Origin: Octopus vulgaris | Taxonomy: Eukaryota | Assembly (NCBI GenBank): GCA_951406725.2 | Contig: OX597823.1 | Span: forward strand, 55,986,001-56,050,000 | DNA: 64,000 nucleotides | Direction: 5' to 3' | Shown here: piece by piece, positions 37,801-48,699 of the stretch | Position numbering within the stretch: position 1 is the first letter of the stretch | Layout of the letters: each line of letters begins with the position of its first letter | Notes under the pieces: model-generated | What the model was told of the DNA's origin: nothing | Databases searched by the model: none | Seen by the model: only the letters and a program-made list of their open reading frames with translations | Position numbers and translations under genes: made by a program

Positions 37801-38789
37801 CAGTAGATTTGATGCAAGGCCAGTTTCTTCCGTCATTCCATGTCCTTACTGGTCAGGAGACGTCTATGTGCAGCTGCTAAAGAATCAACTACATTTCGCC
37901 TCTCAATTTTTAAATTCTTGATGCTATTGAAGTATTTTTTCTGCCACATTCTATTGTTGATGTTGTTTGTATTGTTTAATTTTAAAGGGAAGCCAGTATC
38001 TATGATACTTTACAGAGTCTTCGAGATTGGTGGGAAAGAAGTGGAAACGGAAACGTTCCCCTTCCTTTGATGCCTGTATTACAGTGAACTCTGTTGAAGG
38101 TGACTAGAAACCAGGTAGTGGTATTAAACTGGTCGATGGATTACGTCAACCATCCAAGTGGGCTACTGCAGGATTTGAACTCAGAATTAAATGAACAAAT
38201 CAAATTCTGATGCTCTAACGTTTCCGCCAGTCTACCCAGCCTACTGGTTCTTTATTATATTTGTTTGGAAAAGATTAATGGTAAAGTTGACTTAGATGGG
38301 ATTTCAAAACAGATAAATAGCTTTAAAAAGAAAAACCTGCAATGCATTCCGTCTGGTGCACTGAACCAGTGGCTATCATATTTTTATTCTATTTTTATTT
38401 TATTTTATTTTTTGATTTCCAAGCCTGATTTAAAACAAAACTTTTTAGGGGTCCGCCCCAAATGGAAGTAAAATGCAAGTCAATCTAAGACAAATTTATT
38501 ATGTTTATAGAGGGAAGACCGATGAGGGCTGCCGAAAGATGCTTGAAGGCTGCATGTGGACCTGGGAGTCACAGTTGAGAACCGCTGCGCTAAGCGCTCT
38601 TTTTAGTTCACTGACCTTGTTGTTTAACTCCGAATGACAACTCATCGAGTGGACCCATAAACGAAGGTATTTCGGGCGCGAGCTCTCCATTATTTATTCA
38701 GACATTTCTTATCTTAGTATCTAGGGCTATATTATCAACTATATTTTAAAGCAGGAGAGATATAATCACTGCTACTTCTGGCAGGTAAA

Positions 38790-39122
38790 GGGTCCCTTCG
38801 ATCATGAATGATCATCGGGTTGCACTTTGAATGTTACCCCACGCAGCACAATCCGGGCAAGGTTGTTTATGGAAGACTAGCAGTCGCCCATGCATAGCAG
38901 CTTCCACTCTCCATGCCACCGATGTTATCCAAGGGAAAGCTAAGGCCGATACGGCTTGACTCCAGTGACGTTGCAACTCATTTCTACAGCTGAGTTGACT
39001 GGAGCAACGCGAAATAAAGTGTCTTGCTGAAGAACACAACATGCATTCCGCTCCGGGAATCGATCTTACTACTTCATGATTGTGAGCCCGACGCTCTAAC
39101 CACTGAGCCATGCGCCTTCACA
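38790..39122 (-). mobile_element. SINE family C-related copy
   Basis: Similar to 22425-22757. Confidence 0.8.
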
Positions 39123-39193
39123 AGTAACTCTAGCAGGTAACTCAACCACTTAGACCTAGATAACCCTTCGTTTGGTTACATGTCTTGAAACTA

Positions 39194-39477
39194 CGGTGCT
39201 ATGACTTTTCGTCCGACGTCACTTCGTCAAAAGTCTTTTCATCCACGTCTTTTCGTCCAACATCTTTTTGTTTCAATGATTTTCTTGTCCAACAAAAAGT
39301 CCTCTCTCCATGACTATTTGCTTTTGATGTTCACCTTGTTTTCTAAAGAATTTATTTACAATTGAACAAAAAGTCGTTGGACAAAAAAAAATCATCATCG
39401 GATAAAGAGACGTCGGACCAAAGACGTGGACGGAGTAGTGTTGGACAAAGTGACATCAGACAAAAAGTCGGGTCACG
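39194..39477. mobile_element. Foldback-type MITE with arms built from ~14-16-bp tandem subunits
   Basis: Left subunits (GACTTTTCGTCC, TCTTTTCATCC, TCTTTTCGTCC) are mirrored on the right (GGACAAAA, GGACCAAAGAC, GACAAAAAGTC). Confidence 0.65.
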
Positions 39478-40034
39478 CTCCGTCGGTTACGGCGACGAGT
39501 GTTCCAGTCGATCCAACCAACAGAACACGCTACTCGTGAAATTAGCGTGCAAGTGGTTGATCACTTCACAGACATGCGTACCTTTAGCGTGATTCTCGGC
39601 GGGGTTCAGAGTGACGCAGAAAGCGACAAGGCTGGTCCTTTGAAATACAGGTGCAATTCATTTTTGCCAGCTGAATGATCTGGAGCAACGTGAAATATAA
39701 AATGTATTGTTCAAGAAGACAACACAGTGCCGGGTGTCGAACTCATAGCCTTACGATCGGGAGTCATATACCCTTAACCACTAAGTTGCACGCATTCACA
39801 ATAGACAACATTATACCATATTGATTATATTATCCTTATCATTCTTTTATTCTTTTACTTGTTTCAGTCATTTGACTGCGGTCATGCTGGAACATTACCT
39901 TGAAGGATTTTACCCCAGGACTTATTTTTTAAACCTAATACTTATTCTATCGGGGTCTTATACCGAACCGCTACGTTACGAGGAAGTAAACACACCAACA
40001 CGGGTTGTCAAGCGGTGATGGGGAATAAACACAG

Positions 40035-40065
<31 letters not shown>

Positions 40066-40120
40066 TACACACACATACATACATACATACATACATACAT
40101 ACATACATACATACATACAT

Positions 40121-40157
<37 letters not shown>

Positions 40158-40176
40158 TATATACATACATATATAT

Positions 40177-40237
<61 letters not shown>
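39478..40237 (-). mobile_element. SINE C (39478-39800) and SINE B 3' half with microsatellite (39845-40237)
   Basis: Family body matches. Confidence 0.75.
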
Positions 40238-40241
<4 letters not shown>

Positions 40242-43200
40242 ATGTGTCGTTTCGTTCTGATGGGTGATGGACAACTCAATTGAAGGCATATATCGTTTTA
40301 TGTGTTTATTCGTTTTGCATGTTACACCAACTGTCCGACATTCAGCGTAGTGATACTTATATACCTTTAGACACAGCGTAGTAACACTTATAAAATAGTG
40401 CCAAAAACGGTGACGCATTCCACACACGCACGCCCACGCATACACATAGATTTAAATGTGTAACATCCCTTCTTCTTGAAAAAAAAATAAAGGGGTCTTT
40501 TGGCAGTGAAGACAAATATAGTAGTCTCCCTTACTCTAATGGATTGTCAGCGTGAGATGGCAATCCTGCAGCAGGGACCGTGAGATTATTCTGCCTCTGC
40601 TTTGTAATCTAGTAGAATTAGTTACTTATCTTTTCATTTTTTTAAAGAACTTTATCATGAATAAAAAGAGAAAATAGTTACATTTTTATCAAAATATACC
40701 ATTAGTTTCAATTGCCTAAAAAAAAATTAATAAGATAATGAAAACCAAATTGAGTAAAATTAAATTAATCATAGCAGTTTTGAAAGTTCATGTATATATA
40801 TTTTTTTTTTAATGAAATTCATATGGTAGCAGTTATTGGTCTCCTGATGTCTGCTAAGCCATAAACGGTATCGAACCGGTGGCAGGATGTTCTTTCGCCA
40901 TCTGGTGGATCTTGTGCTTCGCACCGGTGTCTGAGGTGTGTTGTTGGGCTGCTGATGGGTGGTTTGTGCCCGTTGGGGTGATGATTCTGTGGATGTTGTC
41001 ACTAATGCAGCAGGTGTTGTACACGTTGTCCGCGACAGCTTTGGTGTTGGGCGGATGTGGGCCCTGTTGCGTCTCAGCTGCCTACCAGATTCCGTTTCTA
41101 TTATATACGATCTTGGATTTTCAGCTCTACTGACAACCTGTGCTGGGATCCATGTTTTAGTCATGGGATCTTGAGTATGCACATGTTGTCCTCCAAGTAT
41201 CTCAGGTAAGTATTGTGCATGTTTGTCGTAATATTTCTGTGTTCTTGAGTGGCTGCTAGCTTTGCCCTTGTCTCTTCCTGGTCAATAGGAGGCTGGATTT
41301 TAGTTGGCAGGGTAGTTTTGTACTTCCTGCCATTCAGCAATTCTGCTGGGGATTTCATGTCAGCTCTCAGTGGTATCGCTCGTAGGGACAGAAGTGCCAG
41401 GTGTGAGTCTTCCTTAGTCTCTCGCCATTTGACTACTGTTCTCTTCACTGTCTGCACCTGTTTTTCTATAAACCCATGACCTTTGGGGTAGTGTGGAGAT
41501 GAGGTTGTAATATTGAACCCATACTCATCGGCTAGTTTTTTGAATTCTTGCGATGTGAACTGGGTTCCATTGTCACACATGATCTGCTCTGGTATTCCTT
41601 GCTCTGCTAGAAGTCCTCGAGCCCCTGCAGTGATTGTTTTGGCTCTCAGGTCTTTCATTTTTCTCACAAATGGAAATTTGGAGTAGTAGCAGGCCATTAT
41701 CAAATACCATTCTTGGCTTTCTGTGAACAGATCTACTCCAATAGTTTGCCATGGCCTTCTTGGGATGTCACTAGATATCATTTCCTCCTTTTGTTGTGAG
41801 TTTCTGTACTTTTGACAGATGTAGCATGTAGAAACTGTCTTTTCTATGTCTTTGTACATGCCTACCCAATATACTGCTGACTTGGCTCGGAGCTTGCATT
41901 TCTCCATTCCTAGATGCCCTTGGTGGATCTTGTCAAGAATCTCATTTTGCATTGACTTGGGTATAATTATTCGGGATCCAGCCATCAGGATTCCATTCTC
42001 CACTGATATATCATCATGGATGGCCCAATATTCACGATTGAGGGGGCTGCACCTGACGTCTCTTTTCTGGCCACCCCTGAATCACCATCTGAGTAAAGAG
42101 CTGGAGTTCTTCATCTTTGCTGGTCTCCTCTTTGATTTCTGCTAGCTTTGTAGTTGTTACATTTACGATGTGGTGGACCTTTATGCTTAGTCCTTCCATC
42201 TCCTGTTTATCATGTGAGGATAGTCTGGAAAGAGCATCCGCCAATATCAGGTCTTTTCCTGGCTTGTACCTGATATCGTAGTCGTATGTTTAAAGCCTTA
42301 ACAGTAATCTTTGCAGTCTGGCTGGTGCTTTCGTGAGGTTTTTTCTATGTATTTGTTCTAGCGGGCGATGGTCTGTTTCAATATTGAAACGTCTGCCATA
42401 CAGGTATGTATGAAACTTTTCACATCCATATACTACTGCCAGGAGTTCCCTTTCAATATTTGCGTACCTTGTCTCTGTGGGTGAGAGAGCTTTCGAGGCA
42501 TATGCAATGGGTTTACGTTCCTGTACTGTGCTGCGCCAACTCCTCTCATAGAAGCATCGACTTGGAATATTACTGGTTTGCGTCTGTCATAGTATTGCAG
42601 GGTTGTCTCCTTACTGATGAGCTTTTTGATTGCTTTGAAATCCTGTGTGTGAAGCACACCAATCAAACTCTACGTCATATTTGTTTAATTCTCGGAGATT
42701 TGCATTGTGATCAGCCAGATTGGGTATGAAGGCTCCCATGTAGTGGATGAGTCCCAGGAAGCTCCTGAGTTCCTTCTTGTCTTTGGGTTCTTTAATGTCT
42801 CTGATGGCTTCCACTTTAGCGGGGTCTCGTTTAACTCCCTCTGCAGAGTATATAATTCCAAAGAATTTGCACTCCTTTGCTTTTATCACACACTTGTCTG
42901 CATTGAGTTTGATACCTGCTTGTCGGGTTTTTTCCATAGCTTCATGTAAATTGAAGTCATGTGTGGTTTCATACTTGCCATGCACTTGGATGTCATCTGC
43001 TAAGTTGTCAATCGTTTCTTGTGGGTCTTGTTTCAGGCCCTGGAGTTCGTATCTGTGAATTCTATGGTTCGACCTGGGCTCTAGGTGCCTTTCAAATTTC
43101 TCTAAAAGTGTGTCTGGGTTATTGCAATCCGATTCTGACATGTCCCAGCTATTAAATAGGTCTAGGCCCTTCTCTCCCGTCCATAAAAGGATGTAGCTTA

Positions 43201-43700
43201 CTTTTTCTTCGGCGGTTGTACCTTTCAGGAAACTTTTGAAAGCTAGTTGAGTTTTCTGTTTAAATTTCTTAAACGCTTCCACGATATCATCGGAGTCCCA
43301 GTTCATGGTTGGATGTAAATTCATCTGTACGGTGACGGGGGCCGCCATTTTGGAACCTCGTGTATGTGTGTCCGAAGACGAAGCGATGTTTTGTTTGTTA
43401 AATTTCTGGTTCGTTGTGTTTCTGCTTTGTTGTAAAGGCACAGTTTCGATTAATTATTTACCACTGCCACCATGTTATGTGTCGTTTCGTTCTGATGGGT
43501 GATGGACAACTCAGTTGAAGGCATATATCGTTTTATGTGTTTATTCGCTTTGCATGTTACACCAACTGTCCGACATTCAGCGCAGTGATACTTATATACC
43601 TTTAGACACAGCGTAGTAACACTTATAAAATAGTGCCAAAAACGGGGACGCATTCCACACACGCACGCCCACGCATACACATAGATATGAATGTGTAACA
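40238..43700 (-). mobile_element. Ty3/Gypsy LTR retrotransposon, internally deleted
   Basis: 228-bp LTRs (40238-40465, 43473-43700) with TGTTA...TAACA ends; PBS TGGTGGCAGTGGT (tRNA-Leu-like) next to the 5' LTR; PPT AAGAAGAAGGGA next to the 3' LTR; ATATA flanks; order gag, RT (LADD), RNase H (QVDAS, MADALSRL), integrase. Confidence 0.97.
41161..42003 (-). pseudogene. Gypsy integrase domain
   Basis: IHQGHLG..KC, CYICQ, PWQTIGVDLF, CDNGTQF, SSPHYPKGHGFIEKQVQT, SPAELLNGR. Confidence 0.9.
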
Positions 43701-43724
43701 ATATATATATATATATATATATAT

Positions 43725-44280
43725 AGACGTATTCTGATAAATAAGTATCCGAACTGTTGCCATAGTAACGAAACTAAATCACGCAGAGTAAAGCCGCTAG
43801 ACACAGATTGACCTTGAACTCTGCTGTGCATGCGCCCTAAGTTTTAACGTTATTAGTTGACTTCTGCTGCTTACAGCAATGCTTGGAAGCAACGTGTGTA
43901 ACGTGTGATCGTCGCAGAAAATATGCATCAAATTTTGCCAAGAGCTTGAAGATACCTGCTCAGAGGCCTACACAAAGTTTTCAAAAAATTTTCATCGTTC
44001 ACGAGACAATCAAGGAGATCTTGTGCAACTGAAACCCGAGTGTCCTTTTGGTCAGCTGAAAGCAGTTATGACACAAACTCGGCAGACACGCGTCTCCTAC
44101 CCGAATCATCAGTAATAATGGACTTAACTGAACCGTAGCTAATCTGTACATTCTCTGATAGCTCACAGATGGTGATTCGGCGATTTCCCTTCATAGCCGG
44201 ACGCACATCTGCGAAGTTTTTCTCAGTTCTGCTGGTTGCGGGTGACCGTATTCCTTTTTCTAGCATCCTGTTTGACAAAA
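43725..44280. mobile_element. Mariner relic with an internal inversion
   Basis: Plus strand encodes N-terminal KICIKFCQELEDTCSEAY (~43915-43975); minus strand 44265-43980 encodes the downstream RRITICELSE...RRVSAEFVS*LLSADQKDTRV...DENFLK. Confidence 0.75.
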
Positions 44281-44555
44281 AATAGATATAAGCATCCTGT
44301 TTGACGGAAAATCCAGCATTTCAATTAAAGAGTATAAAATCCACAGAATTGTCTCCCCCTTATACACAGGAACTGGAAACTCCTACCCCATTTCCTGTTT
44401 TGACTCATAAACATCCAACCTTCTCAAACAAAATACTACACTAAAACACATGTATCCTAATCCTCCAAAGAAGTTTTTCCATGGAATAATATTGAACATT
44501 AAAAACATAAAGACACTATAATGTATTGGTATACTTATTTATTCATTTTTGTATA

Positions 44556-44590
<35 letters not shown>

Positions 44591-44815
44591 TAGAAATACG
44601 TTATAATTTTTCCCCTCCCTCATCTTAAAAAAAGTTTTCCCCCTCCTCATTTTGAAAATTTGCTTTGCAATGAAAGTCGCTTTGATTTCCTTTTTAAATT
44701 TTTCTTACACACAGGTATATTAAAATTTGTTTTCAGTTTAGCATTATGCCTTATTATTATTTTTTCCTTTCCTATCATTTCTCCATGTGCGCTTAACACA
44801 ACCCCACCATTTACT

Positions 44816-44870
<55 letters not shown>

Positions 44871-44979
44871 TGTGTGTATATAAATAGTTACCAGGGTGGC
44901 AAAATATCACACAAGTAAAAAGGTTGATACTCCTTGTTTTTAAAGGTAGAAACTTCGGGTTTACGTGAAATATTTTGTA

Positions 44980-46200
44980 TAATATAATTAAATAAATGGA
45001 GTTAAATGCAATGGAGTTAAGGCCGAATTTTATAACTCTGCCTTACTTAATGCAGGTTATACAGAGAAAGTTACCTACATTTATTCCATTCAATCTTATT
45101 CTTCCTTTACTAATGTAGATATGAAATCTAGTAAACGATATCAATTTTAATTTATACACCAAAACCAAAAAGAGGAAGGGAGATAACCCTTATTTAATCC
45201 CATACTTTCGTTCTTCAAAGAATTCTAGGTATTACTCTATTATCAACTCACACACGGTTAGGATTGTTTTTTCCAACACAAAACATTTCTTACAAATTAT
45301 CTCTTTACATAATATTAACCTGTTAAATATTGATACATTTACTAATACTAACATTAATTTAGCAAATACCATCCATTCCCCTAGAAATATTAATAACAAG
45401 GTTATTGTATCTGAAATCAATTACAACAGAATCAAGTTTATGTCAAGTAACTCTAAAATGAAAAATCCTATATACCAGTGTAAAATTACTACTGGTAATG
45501 AGTATTTTTTTTTTTATATAGGAAGCACATCTTCCTAGTTGCCTAAAAGAATTTCTAATCATTACTCTACATTTAGGGATAGGAATAAACGCGTAGTAAA
45601 TTAATTTGGGACCTAAAAGGCCACAATAAACACTTTAATGTAGATTGGTTGAATCTCTCAATCTCGATACCTTATGGCAATGGCAAGGAATTCTGTCTTC
45701 TCTGTAATTCTGAACTATTTTGTATTCTTTTTTCTAAAGATCCCCTTGTAAACACGGTTATAGAGCGTGCATTCCGACGTAAAATTTGGCAGAAACACGC
45801 CTTTATTTCATATAAGTGATATATATCATTATATATAATTTAAACATTAGTTTTCTTCTTACATTTCACATTCACTAGATATATCTTTTTCCAAGTCTAT
45901 ATGGTTTTATTTAATATACATATAGTTATATACTTCTCATTTATTTAGTTTTTCTTTCCTTTATCCTGCCTCTTTCTATAGGCTACCTTTGACGTTATAT
46001 CCTATAACGTTTTTTGAAACAATCTTAATAGCGTTCACTTAATCACTATACATATCCATAATTTTCTGTTAAAATGTCTTATTGACGAGTTTCATTTCTT
46101 CACTTCCCTGAAGAGAATATTACATTGTTTTATACCATTTTATTCCTTTGGAATAATACCAGTGATATCTTCGAAACATGTGTCGGAAGTAAAATAATTT
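44980..46200 (+). mobile_element. Penelope-like element relic (Naiad-like GIY-YIG region) with a 3' hammerhead
   Basis: Remnants YSIINSHTVRIVFSNTKHFLQIISLHN, NPIYQCKITT..YIGSTSS*LPKRISNHYSTF, IWDLK, FCLLCNSELFCI. Confidence 0.75.
46102..46190 (+). ncRNA. Type I hammerhead ribozyme motif with extended stem II
   Basis: Stem I ACTTCC/GGAAGT, core CTGAAGA, stem II GAATATTAC/GTGATATCTTC, GAAA, AC(ATGT)GT, GUC cleavage after 46184. Confidence 0.7.
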
Positions 46201-46229
46201 GAATAACACATGCGTTTAACTCCATTTAT

Positions 46230-46295
<66 letters not shown>

Positions 46296-46465
46296 AGGAT
46301 GTATAAACTCACATATATTTGTACGTTTATATACGTTTATATATTTATATATATATGTGTGTATGTATGTATGCAATATATATGCATGTATTTACATATA
46401 CGTATATACATACATATATATATATATACATGTGTGTGTCTGTGTGTCTGTGTCTGTGTGTATAA

Positions 46466-46496
<31 letters not shown>

Positions 46497-46538
46497 CACA
46501 CACACTAACACACATATACCAATATACACATACGTAAT

Positions 46539-46592
<54 letters not shown>

Positions 46593-46595
<3 letters not shown>

Positions 46596-47430
46596 GGTCC
46601 GAAGGCATTACAATCCCAGAGTCACAGACAGTGAAAGACTATGTGCAATGACGCATCATTTTCTATGCACGTTACCAAGATGGCGGCAAAGTGCAAACAA
46701 CTAGCAGGATGGATACTAAGGTCCTTCAAGAGAAGAATCCAAGAAATTATGTTGACCACGTGGAGAATCTTTATTCTCGGCCGCCTGGGCTACTGTTCCC
46801 AGTTGTGGTCGCCACACAGTGCCAAACGAATAGCGGAGGTTGAAACAGTCCAACGCCACTACACTAAAAAGACTGAAACAGTGCTGCGGGTGAGCTACGG
46901 GGATTGGCTGAGAAAACTACAGCTTTACTCCCTGGAGCGAAGGCGTGAGAGATATGAAATAATCTACATATGGAAAATTGTAGAAGGGCTAGTAGCTAAT
47001 TTCGGTATTGAGTGTTATACAAATGCCAGAACTGGCCACCATTGTAGTGTACCAAAGGTACCATCCACTTCATCTAAATTCAGGACCACGTAATGCAATA
47101 GTCTAGGGTTTAAAGGTCCACAGCTTTGCAATGCTCTGCGACAAAAATTAAGAAATCTGCATAAGATGGAAGTAGATGCCTTCAAAAAGAAACTAGACAT
47201 CCTTCCACTTCCTAATACCGGGTGAACCAGCAACCCGACATGAGGTGCAGACAAGGGTAGCGGAATGAAATTCCCTTATACACCAAATGGACAAGCAGCT
47301 GGGATAAAGGCACATACAGGAGAGGTGATGTGAAACACCCCAGACTGAGGAAATTAAAAAGACCACAATGGGACACCAGAATGACCGCAGCCGCAAGGCA
47401 GAAATGAGTAAAATAATGAAAGAATAAAAG
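46593..47430 (+). mobile_element. CR1-group LINE 3' fragment
   Basis: GWILRSF...LGYCSQLWSPH...ETVQRHYTK...LRKLQLYSLERRRERYEIIYIWKI. Confidence 0.85.
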
Positions 47431-48029
47431 TGTGTGTGTGCGTGTGTGTGTGTGTATGATTATACGTATATGACATAGAAAGACAGTGAGAACATCGCTA
47501 ATCTACAGAAAAATTCGCACTCTAATGGATTGCGTCCAAAGTCGCAATTCTAAATCGAAATGCTTGTAGCCTATACAGCTATTGATAGCAATAAAAATGA
47601 CACCTGTCGTTTTCTGTGGGAACTTGTAGCCTTCTTAATGGAAATGCAATCGATTTCTGTAAAACAATTTTGTTTTTAATATATGGAATTATCGATCATG
47701 GGCGTGAACAAAATAGCAGACTGCCGCATTAATGTTAATTTTTTTTTTCGTGTTTTTATTTCACTTATTTAAATTCATGTCAGTGTGAGCTCCAGAGTGA
47801 GCAGACATTTTTATTCCTTATATCTATTCCATATTTTTTTCTGTCGCTGGTTTCAGTTGAAGATGGACGAAGATGCCAGGACTTTTTGTCGAGTATATTG
47901 ACTCCAATTCTGTGTGCACAGATGTGTGTGTGTGTGTATCTGTGTGTGAATATCTGATATGCGTGTGTATGTGTGTGAGAATATCTGAAATAAATTCGAC
48001 TGCTCTCTCAAACGAGAGTAATAAAAATG

Positions 48030-48260
48030 AACCCGGCCGCTCTCAAAAATTAAGTACAAAAAAAAAACGGAAAAATAATCCAGAACTCATTTTCGGTTCC
48101 GGATCAATCTAATCAATTCGTGTCAGTCACAAGACCAAACATCCTTGAAAGTTTCATTCGAATCCATTCAGCGGTTCTTGAGATATCTTGTCCACGGACA
48201 AACAAACAAACAAACACGACTGAAAAACAATACCTCCGCCTTCGCTAAGGCCGAGGTAAT
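48030..48260. mobile_element. Helentron/HINE-like non-autonomous element end
   Basis: AAGTTTCAT..GAATCC...TTGAGATATC, (CAAA)n, and a terminal hairpin TACCTCCGCCTT/AAGGCCGAGGTA. Confidence 0.55.
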
Positions 48261-48281
48261 AATAATAATAATAATAATAAA

Positions 48282-48335
<54 letters not shown>

Positions 48336-48480
48336 CAAAAAAAAAGAAAAAAAAAGACCCCAAATATATGGCACAGAACTTCCAACCTGTTGTCTCTTGA
48401 GGTCTCTGGGTGAGACTTGGAGCCAACTTGTACAGACATAAAGCAAAAGTCAAACATAGAATAATAATAATAATAATAAC

Positions 48481-48578
<98 letters not shown>

Positions 48579-48585
48579 CAACAAC

Positions 48586-48648
<63 letters not shown>

Positions 48649-48667
48649 CAAAATAATAACAATAAGA
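48258..48667 (+). repeat. (AAT)n arrays enclosing a ~125-bp segment resembling a Dong/R4 3' end (48335-48460)
   Basis: TTGAGGTCTCTGGGTGAGACTTGGA followed by an (AAT)n tail. Confidence 0.6.
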
Positions 48668-48699
48668 TATACGTATATGACATAGAAAGACAGTGAGAA

